NCBI GenBank assembly: GCA_040256005.1
Contig: JBDZWC010000004.1
Span: forward strand, 8,393 to 65,860
DNA: 57,468 nucleotides
Source: Deinococcaceae bacterium
Lineage (GTDB): Bacteria; Deinococcota; Deinococci; Deinococcales; Trueperaceae
Reading direction: 5' to 3'
Part shown: positions 49,420-57,468 of the stretch, piece by piece
How the letters are laid out: each line of letters starts with the position of its first letter
Numbering within the stretch: position 1 is the first letter of the stretch
Notes under the pieces: generated by a model
What the model was told of the DNA's origin: nothing
What the model saw: the letters and a program-made list of their open reading frames with translations, nothing else
Databases searched by the model: none
Made by a program: the position numbers and the translations under genes

Positions 49420-50079
49420 ATGATGTTCTTCCTGGCGGCCCTGATGGTCGCCGCAGATCAGTTGAGCAAGGCTTGGATCGCCAGGAACCTCCCGCTCAAC
49501 CAGACCGACATCCCGGTCGTTCCGGGCTTCGGCATCACCCACACGCAGAACAACGGGGCGGCCTTCGGCATGTTGCGGGACGTGGACTTCATCCTCCTCG
49601 GCATCCACTTCGACGGCACCGTTCTCCTCGGCCTGCTGTCCGCGCTGGTCGCGCTGGGGCTGGTCGTCTACATGGCGGCCCAGAGGCGCCATCTGCCTCT
49701 GATACAGCGTGTGGCGCTCGCTCTCGTGCTGGCCGGCGCCATCGGGAACGCGATCGACCGGCTGCGCCTGCGCTACGTCGTCGACTTCCTGCACATCAGG
49801 AGCGGCGACTTCAGCTTCCCCGTGTTCAACGTCGCGGACGCATGCATCGTCGTCGGCGCAGTGCTCCTGGTGCTGAGCGGCCTGCGGCGTCCCGCGCACG
49901 GCGCTCGACCGGGGTCGGAGCTCGACCCCGCCGCCCTCGACACCTCGGAAGACGACGAGCCCATCACCTACGCAGCGCACGCCGGGGCGGTCACCGTGTC
50001 GACCGCGCGGGCACGCAAGCGCCCGCTCGAGGAGTACCCGGAGCTGCCGCCCCTCGGAGGCGCCGCCGAGGGCGACTGA
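49420..50079 (+). CDS. lspA: Lipoprotein signal peptidase II with C-terminal extension
   Basis: DQLSK, NNGAAFG, GAIGNAIDR, VVDF and FPVFNVAD. Confidence 0.93.
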   Translation: MMFFLAALMVAADQLSKAWIARNLPLNQTDIPVVPGFGITHTQNNGAAFGMLRDVDFILLGIHFDGTVLLGLLSALVALGLVVYMAAQRRHLPLIQRVALALVLAGAIGNAIDRLRLRYVVDFLHIRSGDFSFPVFNVADACIVVGAVLLVLSGLRRPAHGARPGSELDPAALDTSEDDEPITYAAHAGAVTVSTARARKRPLEEYPELPPLGGAAEGD

Positions 50080-50092
50080 AGCCAGCGGGTAC

Positions 50093-50974
50093 TTACCTTC
50101 TAGCGATCACGAAGCGTTCGCGACCGGTGAGGTCCGGCTCCACCCGCACAGCGGCGAACCCAGCGGTCCGCAGCTCACGCGCGAGCTCCCCGACGTTGCG
50201 CGGGTCGAGCTCGAGGGCCAGCAGCGCGCCGGGCCGCATGGCCCCAGCCGCCTGCCTCACCAGCCGCCGCGCGACGCTCAGGCCGTCGGGACCGGCGTAA
50301 AGCGCGCCCTCCGGCTCCACGACGACCTCGGGCTGAACCGTGCCTCGGTCGGCGTCCGGCAGGTAGGGAGGGTTCGAGACGACGGCCACGGCTCGGGCGG
50401 CGGCTGCCCTGACGCCCGGGTCCGCGAGCAGGTCCGATCGCCTCACCTCAACCACGAGTCCCAGGCGCTCGGCGTTGGCGCCGGCCAGGTCCAACGCCGC
50501 CTGAGACACGTCCGTCGCCCACACCTCCAGCTCCGGACGCGCCTGCTTGAGCGCCAACGCGATCGCCCCGGTACCGGTGCCTACGTCGATGACCGTGCTG
50601 CCCTTCGGTTCGGAGGCGGCCGCGATCTCGCTCAGCACTAGCTCTACCAGCCGCTCGGTCTCGGGTCGCGGGATGAGCACGCCTGGCCGGGTCTCGAGGC
50701 GCAGGTCGAGGAACGTCGCCTCGCCCAGCACGTGCTGCAGAGGCTCCCTGGCCGCGCGGCGGGCCAGTAATCGCGCCAGCTCCTCGGCCTGACGCGCCCC
50801 CAGCTCCGTGTCCCGCCTTATCAGCTGCTCGGTGCGGCTCAGGCCGGTCACGGCCTCCACCAGCGCCGCGGCGTCGACAGCGGGGCTCTCTACCCCGGCA
50901 CGGCTCAACACCTCGGTGGCGCGAGACAGGGCCGCGCCGACGCTCTCATGGCGCCGGCGCGGCTTCTCCGTCAC
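50093..50974 (-). CDS. prmC: Release factor glutamine methyltransferase
   Basis: REPLQH, LIPRPETE, DVGTGTG and SNPPY. Confidence 0.95.
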   Translation of the reverse strand: MTEKPRRRHESVGAALSRATEVLSRAGVESPAVDAAALVEAVTGLSRTEQLIRRDTELGARQAEELARLLARRAAREPLQHVLGEATFLDLRLETRPGVLIPRPETERLVELVLSEIAAASEPKGSTVIDVGTGTGAIALALKQARPELEVWATDVSQAALDLAGANAERLGLVVEVRRSDLLADPGVRAAAARAVAVVSNPPYLPDADRGTVQPEVVVEPEGALYAGPDGLSVARRLVRQAAGAMRPGALLALELDPRNVGELARELRTAGFAAVRVEPDLTGRERFVIARR

Positions 50975-50989
50975 GTTCTCGTTCGCCGG

Positions 50990-51598
50990 TCAGGCAGGCT
51001 TGACGACGACCCTGCGGTCGGCGCCTTCCCCCGTCGACTCGGTCATCACGCCGGCCTCCTCGGCCAGCGACATGTGCACGACCCGGCGTTCGGCGGCGCT
51101 CATGGGCTCGAGCTCGACCGCGACGCCGTTGCGGCGCACCCTCGCCGCGGCAGCCAGCGCGGTGTCCCTGAGCCTGGCGTCGCGCCGGCGCTTGTAGCCG
51201 CCCACGTCTATGTTCACCCGCACCTGCCGGTCGCCGTCGCGGTTGACGACGGCGTTGGTCACGTACTCGAGCGCGGCGAGTGTGCGGCCACCGCGACCGA
51301 TGATCTTGCCGGGGTCGCCACCGTACACCTCGACGAAGACCTCTTCCTCGGTGGCGGCGTCCACCTCTACCGCGTAACCGGGGTCGATGTTCAACAGCAG
51401 GTTCACCAGGAAGGTCTCGGCGCGTTCAACGGCATCGCCTTGGACGACGATGGCCTCGTCGTAGGCGGTGACGTCGAACTCCACGGCGTCCTCGACCTCG
51501 GCCATGATGTCCTCGGGCAAGCCCTCGGTCGCCACCTCGTCCTCGTCGACGTTGATGCCGATGCCCTCTAGGTACTTGTCTAGATCCGAGTCGCTCAT
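50990..51598 (-). CDS. jag: Jag/KhpB (EloR) KH + R3H RNA-binding protein
   Basis: IIGRGGRTL and LEPMSAAERRVVH. Lies downstream of yidC. Confidence 0.9.
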   Translation of the reverse strand: MSDSDLDKYLEGIGINVDEDEVATEGLPEDIMAEVEDAVEFDVTAYDEAIVVQGDAVERAETFLVNLLLNIDPGYAVEVDAATEEEVFVEVYGGDPGKIIGRGGRTLAALEYVTNAVVNRDGDRQVRVNIDVGGYKRRRDARLRDTALAAAARVRRNGVAVELEPMSAAERRVVHMSLAEEAGVMTESTGEGADRRVVVKPA

Positions 51599-51625
51599 CT
51601 GGCTGGGTCGCTCATCCCTTCGGCC

Positions 51626-53281
51626 TCACTTACGCTTCCCGCCGGCCAGGGCCGGTTTGGTGCTCGCGGGCGCGGGACGACCCCGGTAGAGCAGCCAGTA
51701 CTGGAACACCTGTACCGCCATGGACACCACATAGTAGAGCAGCACCCCGGCAGGGAAGCCGAAGATGATGAAGCCGAAGACGACGTTGATGATCATCGAC
51801 TGGCGCATCATCTGCGGGTTGCTGCGCGAGGAGAAGTAGGACATGGCCACCATGACGGCCACGTACAGGATCGGCAGGATGAAGGTGGGGTCGCTGCGGC
51901 CCAGGTCCGGGATCCAGAGGAAGCCCTCGGCGAACTCGAAGTTCATGAACACGCGCCACAGGATCAGGAACAGCGGCATCTGGACGATGATGGGCAGGCA
52001 GCCGCCGGCCGGGTTCACGCCGGCCTCGCGGTAGAGCTTCATCGTCTCCTGCGTCAGCTTCTCCCGGTCCTCCTTGTACTTGGCCTGCAGCTCCTTGAGC
52101 TTGGGCTGCAGCTCCTGCATGCCGAACATCGACCGCGTCTGCGTGCTGATGAGCGGCCAGATCACGGCCCTGAACAGGAGGGTGAGGACGATGATCGAGA
52201 GACCCCAACTGGGCACGTAGTCGTGGATGAACTGCAGCAGCCGCACGATGAGCAGCGAGAGGCGACCCAGGATGTTCGGGTCGAAGAGTCCCGGCAGCTC
52301 GAGGTAGCCCTCCTGCGTGTAGCGGACGAGCTCGTTGGGCCCCGCGTACACGCTCACACCGAAGGTCGCCTCGTCTTCCCCGGCGGGCAGCAAGGTCTGG
52401 AGCGCGCCGAAGTTGGGCCTCACGAAGGCGCCCTCGAGCGCGACGTTCCCACCGCTGGGCAGGAGGATCAGGGCCTGCTCGTTGTTGCGGTTGCTCTTCT
52501 GCAGCGAGACGTAGGTGGGGTCCTCGAAGGGCCTCTCGCCCGGGTTGAGGGCGAAGGTATCGGCGTAGCCGACCTTGACGACAGGGTTGGCGACCCGCGC
52601 GATGCCGGGCACCACGAACTGCAGGCGCACGTCGCCCGACGTCGCGGCGCCCGCCTCCTGCTCGGCTGCGGGGGCAGCGTCCTCGTCGCCCGCGGCGGCC
52701 TCCGGCTCTTCCGAGGCCGCGCCGCCAGCCGCCGGCGCGGCGCCCGCCCTGGTGACGGTGATGCTGTGCTCGGTGGTCTCGGTCACGCTGGCCACGACAA
52801 CGGTCCGCTCCACCAGCAGGTCGCCGATGCGGTACGAGAACGTGCCGGTCATCGTCACGTCGTTCGACCTGGTCCAGGCGCCGGTGGCGTCCTGAGGTGG
52901 CAGGTACTCGCCGTCCACCAGCAGCGCCCCGCCCGGTGCGACGGCGTCGAACGGGATGAGGTTGTTGCCCGTCGTGATGTTGTAGTCGCTGGGGTCACGG
53001 CCCCTCTGCGGCTTGACGAAAGCGGCGGCGACCTCGCCCGCCGGCGTGAAGAAGAAGTCGGTGCCCTTGGTCGTGACGCGGGTCAGCTCGTCGTCCTCGT
53101 AGGCGCAGAGGAACGAGGGCTGCGACGTGCTGCACGTGGCCAGGACGTCCTCGAGGCCCTTGAAGCTGCCGGGCTCGAAGGCCCCGGACTCGATGGGCTC
53201 GCGCGCGAGCGCCGAGGTGCCGAGGAGCAGCGTCAGAGCCAGTGCCGCGGCCGCCAAGCGGGACCGAAGGTGGTGTGTCAC
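51626..53281 (-). CDS. yidC: Membrane protein insertase YidC
   Basis: [23 protein letters not shown] and [11 protein letters not shown] coupling with yidD. Confidence 0.93.
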   Translation of the reverse strand: MTHHLRSRLAAAALALTLLLGTSALAREPIESGAFEPGSFKGLEDVLATCSTSQPSFLCAYEDDELTRVTTKGTDFFFTPAGEVAAAFVKPQRGRDPSDYNITTGNNLIPFDAVAPGGALLVDGEYLPPQDATGAWTRSNDVTMTGTFSYRIGDLLVERTVVVASVTETTEHSITVTRAGAAPAAGGAASEEPEAAAGDEDAAPAAEQEAGAATSGDVRLQFVVPGIARVANPVVKVGYADTFALNPGERPFEDPTYVSLQKSNRNNEQALILLPSGGNVALEGAFVRPNFGALQTLLPAGEDEATFGVSVYAGPNELVRYTQEGYLELPGLFDPNILGRLSLLIVRLLQFIHDYVPSWGLSIIVLTLLFRAVIWPLISTQTRSMFGMQELQPKLKELQAKYKEDREKLTQETMKLYREAGVNPAGGCLPIIVQMPLFLILWRVFMNFEFAEGFLWIPDLGRSDPTFILPILYVAVMVAMSYFSSRSNPQMMRQSMIINVVFGFIIFGFPAGVLLYYVVSMAVQVFQYWLLYRGRPAPASTKPALAGGKRK

Positions 53282-53592
53282 CGTGCCTCCGGGTGCGCGT
53301 GCTCGTGCCCGGCGCGCCACTTCGCCGCGTGCCCGTTGCCGCCGCGCGAGTGGCCGTGCCCTCGCTTGGGCGGGACCGGGTCGAAGCCGCCCGGGTTGAA
53401 CGGGTTGCAGCGCAGGACGCGCCACGTGGCCATGGCCATGCCCTTGAGCACGCCGTGGGTCTCGACGGCCTCGAGGGCGTACTCGCTGCAGGTGGGATGG
53501 AAGCGACAGCTGGGGACGGGCTTGAGCGGCGACAGGTAGCGACGGTAGAGGCGGACCGGCGCCAGCACCAGGTCCTTGGCGATGCGGCTCAC
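53278..53592 (-). CDS. yidD: Membrane protein insertion efficiency factor YidD
   Basis: [10 protein letters not shown] and [17 protein letters not shown]. Confidence 0.95.
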   Translation of the reverse strand: MSRIAKDLVLAPVRLYRRYLSPLKPVPSCRFHPTCSEYALEAVETHGVLKGMAMATWRVLRCNPFNPGGFDPVPPKRGHGHSRGGNGHAAKWRAGHEHAHPEAR

Positions 53593-53936
53593 GCCTTCGC
53601 TCCGGCCCGGACCAGCGCCGCGCGGAGCGAGCCTCTCAGCTCGTCGAAGGAGGCGTCGGCCGCGGAGGGACGAGCCACGACGAGCACGTCAATCGACGGC
53701 TTCAGCCCGTCGCCCGTGAGCAAGGCGCGCAGCGACTCGCGCAGGCGCCGCCTGACGCGGTTGCGGACGACCGCATTGCCAACCTTGCGGCTAACGACTA
53801 TGGCTACCCTCACCTCTCCGGTCCGCGTCTCCCGCACGCGCACCGTGACGTGCTTGCTGCCCGACGCTCGACCCCGCACGAGCCGCTGGAAGTCCCGCTC
53901 GGACTTCAGCGACCGCAGCTTGGGGGACGGCGTCAG
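53589..53936 (-). CDS. rnpA: Ribonuclease P protein component (start unresolved: CTG53936 or upstream ATG54203)
   Basis: [27 protein letters not shown] (RNR motif) and conserved synteny. Confidence 0.9.
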   Translation of the reverse strand: MTPSPKLRSLKSERDFQRLVRGRASGSKHVTVRVRETRTGEVRVAIVVSRKVGNAVVRNRVRRRLRESLRALLTGDGLKPSIDVLVVARPSAADASFDELRGSLRAALVRAGAKA

Positions 53937-54076
53937 CGATCGGAGACCGTAAGGCGCTTGCGGCCCTTGGCACGCCGACGGGCGAGGACGCGCCGGCCGG
54001 CGGACGTTGCCATGCGCGCGCGGAAGCCGTGCGTCTTGGCACGCTTGCGGCGGTTGGGCTGGTAGGTACGCTTCAT
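53933..54076 (-). CDS. rpmH: 50S ribosomal protein L34 (47 aa, below the ORF-track cutoff)
   Basis: [47 protein letters not shown], with GAGGAG RBS. Confidence 0.98.
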   Translation of the reverse strand: MKRTYQPNRRKRAKTHGFRARMATSAGRRVLARRRAKGRKRLTVSDR

Positions 54077-54349
54077 GCTCTGCTCCTCGTGCGACCGGCA
54101 GCCGGCGCCCTGACAGGGGTCGCCGCGACCTGGTCGCTAGGTGTTTCGTTCTCCTTGCCCGCGAGGTGGCACATGGCGGGGCGACACGAGATCTGGCGAC
54201 CATGATGGCCGCCGAGCCGAAGGAGCATATCACACCGGCTCGCCGCCTCGCCACGGGCGGGCACGACGTTCGCGTCCAGCCGCGCGGGCACGGCCTCGGC
54301 CGCTGGGAACCGAGACGCCTTCTTACTTCGAGCGCCCAGGGCTCTTACA

Positions 54350-55684
54350 TCAAGCGCGCAGGGCGGCCACGAGGCTCTCCGCCAGGTCGAGGAGGCCATC
54401 GTCGCTGCCGGGCCGCCCCATCAGTTGCACGCCCACGGGCAGGGCGTCGTCCGCGGCCCCGGCCGGCACGCTGATCGCGGGTAGCCCACCGAGGTTCGCC
54501 AGGCACGTCGCGACGTCGCCGACGTACATGGACACAGGGTCCTTCGTCTTCTCGCCCAGGCGGTAGGCCGTGCCGGTCGCGGTCGGCGTCATCAGTGCGT
54601 CGACGCCGGCCAACGAGTCGCGAAGCTGTGCCGCGAGGCGGGCGCGCGCCGCCACGGCCCGGCCGTAATAGGCGTCGCGGTACCCGGCGGACAGGGCGAA
54701 CGTGCCCATCAGGACCCTGCGCTTGACCTCGGGCCCGAACAGCTCCCCGCGGGTGCGCGTGCTCACGGCCTCCTGGCCCTCCTCCGAGCGCCCGACGCGC
54801 GCCCCGTACAGCGAGCCGTCGTAACGCGAGAGGTTGCTGGCCGCCTCCGCCGTGGCGATCAGGTAGTACGTGGGGACGGCGTACCGCACCGCCGGCACGC
54901 TCACGTCCACGACCTCCACCCCGACGCTCGCCAGCGCCTGCTTGGCGGCCTCGAGCCCCGTGCGAGCCGCCGCGCTGAAGCCCTCATCGGCCAACTCCGT
55001 CACGACCGCGACGCGGCCGTGGCCGGTCGGCGCGGGTTGGAATGCCCTGCTGGTGGGGTCGAGTGGGTCCGGACCACGCATGACGCCGAACGCCGCGCGA
55101 ACCAGCGCGACGTCCCTGGCTATGATCCCGACCTGATCCAGCGACGACGCGTAGGCGACGAGCCCGTAGCGCGAGAGAGCGCCGTACGTGGGCTTGAACC
55201 CGACGACACCGCAGAAAGCGGCCGGCAGGCGCACCGATCCGCCCGTATCGCTGCCAAGCGCCAGAGGGACGGCTCCGGCAGCGACGGCCGCTGCCGATCC
55301 GCCTGACGAGCCGCCGGCCACCCGCTCCGGGTCCAAGGGGTTGAGCACCGGGCCGAACGCCGAGTTCTCGTTGGTTGATCCCATCCCGAACTCGTCGAGG
55401 TTCGTCTTGGCGACGACGACGGCGCCCGCAGCCTCGAGACGCTCCACGACCGTAGCGGTGTACGGCGGCACGAACCCCTCCAGGATCCTCGAGCCCGCCG
55501 TCGTGGGTGTGCCGGCGACGCAGATGTTGTCCTTGACGGCGACAGGCAGGCCGGCCAGGGGCGAGTCGGGCGAGACGGTAGCGGCTGCCGTGCTCGCCCT
55601 GTCGTCGAGGAACCGCAGGAAGGCGTTCGTGCGTTCCTGTGCCTGGCGCGCGGCGGCCAGCGCGTGCTGTACGGGGGACGTCAC
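54350..55684 (-). CDS. gatA: Asp/Glu-tRNA amidotransferase subunit A (amidase signature)
   Basis: [41 protein letters not shown] and [14 protein letters not shown]. Confidence 0.9.
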   Translation of the reverse strand: MTSPVQHALAAARQAQERTNAFLRFLDDRASTAAATVSPDSPLAGLPVAVKDNICVAGTPTTAGSRILEGFVPPYTATVVERLEAAGAVVVAKTNLDEFGMGSTNENSAFGPVLNPLDPERVAGGSSGGSAAAVAAGAVPLALGSDTGGSVRLPAAFCGVVGFKPTYGALSRYGLVAYASSLDQVGIIARDVALVRAAFGVMRGPDPLDPTSRAFQPAPTGHGRVAVVTELADEGFSAAARTGLEAAKQALASVGVEVVDVSVPAVRYAVPTYYLIATAEAASNLSRYDGSLYGARVGRSEEGQEAVSTRTRGELFGPEVKRRVLMGTFALSAGYRDAYYGRAVAARARLAAQLRDSLAGVDALMTPTATGTAYRLGEKTKDPVSMYVGDVATCLANLGGLPAISVPAGAADDALPVGVQLMGRPGSDDGLLDLAESLVAALRA

Positions 55685-55803
55685 TACCGCGCAGCATACC
55701 AGCGGGCGGGCGCCCGCCGAGGTCTGGGACCGCGTCCACGACGGCACGAACTGCGAGAACTCAGACTCCGCTTCTCACCACCCCGCTGTTATCATCTGCC
55801 TGC

Positions 55804-56805
55804 ATGAGTTCGGCGTTGGCACAGCGTCACGACGCTTACACGGGCGCCAGCCACGGTCCCGAGACGGTCGTCGTAGCGGCCGGCGCCAGCGATCCGGGCA
55901 GGGTCAGGAGCCTCAACCAGGACGCCTACCACGTGGGCGCGGTGGGCGCTCACTGTCAGCTGGGCGTGGTGGCCGACGGCATGGGGGGCCACATCTCTGG
56001 CGAGCTGGCGAGCCGCCGGGCCGTCGAGGTGCTCGTCGAGACGCTCGAGGCCAGCAGGGCCCACCCGCCGGTGGCCCTGGCGCGTGCCGCGCAGGCCGCC
56101 AACGTAGAGGTCTTCAACCACGCCGTGCTCAACCCGGAGCACAAGGGCATGGGCACCACGCTCACGGCCGTACTGATCGACGACCAGGTGGGCCTGGTCG
56201 GCCATGTGGGCGACTCCAGGGCTTACCTGCTGCGCGACGGTGAGCTGCGCCGCCTGACCGACGACCACTCGTGGGTCGCCGACCGCGTACGTCAGGGCCT
56301 GCTGTCCGAGGACGAGGCCAGCAAGCACAGGTACCGCAACGTCATCACCAACGCGATCGGCGCCACGCCCACCTTCCGGCTCGACGTCCTGTACTTCGAG
56401 GTCCAGAGCGGTGACACCGTGCTCATCGTCTCTGACGGCGTGAGCATGCTCCTGTCCGAGCCGCTCATGGCGCAGCTGATCGGTGGGGTGGAGCCCAGGG
56501 AGGCCGTGCGGAAGCTGCTGCGGGAGGCGAACGACCGCGGCAGCCCGGACAACGTCACCGCCGTGGTCCTGAAGGTCGAGCACGTGGCCGTGAAGCCGAA
56601 GCGCTACGACCTCCCCGAACGTCAACTGGAAGCGGCGACCATACCCATCGGCGACACCATGTCGGGGATCAGGCAGGTGGAGGACGGCTACCCGCCCAAC
56701 GGTCCGCTCGCCCGGATCAGGCGCCACCCCTGGTACCCGTACCGGGGCTGGGTCGTGGGGTCTGCGGTCCTGTTCGCTGTGCTGCTGGCTTTGGTGCTGT
56801 TCTAG
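55804..56805 (+). CDS. PP2C-family Ser/Thr phosphatase with C-terminal TM helix
   Basis: GRVRSLNQD, VADGMGGH, MGTT, HVGDSRAY, SDG and DNVT. Confidence 0.93.
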   Translation: MSSALAQRHDAYTGASHGPETVVVAAGASDPGRVRSLNQDAYHVGAVGAHCQLGVVADGMGGHISGELASRRAVEVLVETLEASRAHPPVALARAAQAANVEVFNHAVLNPEHKGMGTTLTAVLIDDQVGLVGHVGDSRAYLLRDGELRRLTDDHSWVADRVRQGLLSEDEASKHRYRNVITNAIGATPTFRLDVLYFEVQSGDTVLIVSDGVSMLLSEPLMAQLIGGVEPREAVRKLLREANDRGSPDNVTAVVLKVEHVAVKPKRYDLPERQLEAATIPIGDTMSGIRQVEDGYPPNGPLARIRRHPWYPYRGWVVGSAVLFAVLLALVLF

Positions 56806-56838
56806 GTCCTGGCCACCGGCCACTGCTAGGCTCACCAC

Positions 56839-57216
56839 ATGCGTCAGACCGTCTCCACACCGGACGCCCCCGCAGCCGTAGGACCGTACTCGCAGGCGAT
56901 CAGGTCAGGCGACCTCCTGTTCACCGCCGGTCAGGTCGCCCTCAGACCCGACGGCACCTTCGTCGGAGGCTCCGTCGCCGAGCAGACGGAGCAGGTCATG
57001 AAGAACCTCGCCGCCGTCCTGAAGGCCGCGGGCGTCGGGTTCGAAGCCGTCGTCAAGTCGACTTGCTTCCTCACCGACATGGCGGACTTCGAGGAGTTCA
57101 ATCGCGCCTACGCCAGCTACTTCACGCATGAGCCACCGGCGCGCAGCACGGTCGCCGTGGCCGCCCTGCCGAAGGGGGCCAGGGTCGAGGTCGAGTTGGT
57201 CGCCAGGCTCGGCTGA
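56839..57216 (+). CDS. ridA: RidA/YjgF family enamine/imine deaminase
   Basis: APAAVGPYSQA, PPARS and LPKGARVEVE. Confidence 0.92.
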   Translation: MRQTVSTPDAPAAVGPYSQAIRSGDLLFTAGQVALRPDGTFVGGSVAEQTEQVMKNLAAVLKAAGVGFEAVVKSTCFLTDMADFEEFNRAYASYFTHEPPARSTVAVAALPKGARVEVELVARLG

Positions 57217-57234
57217 CTTTCGCCTGGTAGACGC

Positions 57235-57468
57235 TCAGGCGGCGGCGGGAGCGTCCCTCAGAGAGTCCAGGTCTGCCAGGAGGCGCCCGCGCGCCTCAGC
57301 TTCCACGATCTCATCGGCCAGGCGCCACGCCTCGGCGCGGTGGAACTCGGCCTCCTCGGCGTGGCCGAGGAGCTGGTGCGCCCGGGCCATGGCCTCGTGG
57401 GCGTAGCCCAGGAGGAACGCGGGCTCCTCGCCGTCGACCCCGTTCTCCGGGGCGTCCTCGCGCACGCC
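57235..57468 (-). CDS. 3' end of a hypothetical helical protein (runs off the window)
   Basis: Open frame to the window edge, GYAHEAMARAH helical pattern. Confidence 0.6.
   Translation of the reverse strand, partial: GVREDAPENGVDGEEPAFLLGYAHEAMARAHQLLGHAEEAEFHRAEAWRLADEIVEAEARGRLLADLDSLRDAPAAA

Noticed and set aside
50990..54350. rpmH-rnpA-yidD-yidC-jag cluster suggests nearby oriC
   Set aside because: No dnaA/dnaN, no DnaA-box array and no AT-rich unwinding element seen; gatA lies upstream instead.
1..57468. CRISPR arrays, rRNA or tRNA genes
   Set aside because: No regularly spaced repeats or recognisable stable-RNA signatures seen.

Overview
High-GC bacterial chromosomal segment, most likely Deinococcota (Truepera-like). 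That assignment is an inference from protein styles and from TAnnnT boxes sitting 5-8 nt before many start codons. Mostly housekeeping and metabolic genes: aroF-tyrA, a ROK-regulated sugar cluster (GH38, ABC, IolE-like, Gfo/Idh/MocA, xylA, xylB), a copC pair, thiolase, mreD-mrdA-minC, soxR divergent from SDR + queA-like, ftsK, a GAF-GGDEF protein, a second sugar ABC, hemW, a large NAD-GDH, lspA, prmC, jag-yidC-yidD-rnpA-rpmH, gatA, PP2C and ridA. No tRNA, rRNA, CRISPR or transposase was recognised. Best leads: (1) a lower-GC two-gene islet (4824-6228) with a frameshifted DUF4258-like toxin coupled to a Cys-less YgiT/MqsA-like domain fused to a large unknown domain; (2) an unannotated ~175-nt rod-like structured RNA (42974-43146), 6S-like; (3) a SoxR-box, 19-bp-spacer promoter driving an SDR and a non-canonical QueA paralogue; (4) an rnpA frame open across all of rpmH with no canonical start; (5) a Tyr/Trp/Phe leader peptide before aroF-tyrA; (6) a catalytically degenerate M23 peptidase. 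All family calls come from motif recognition by eye; no searches were run.
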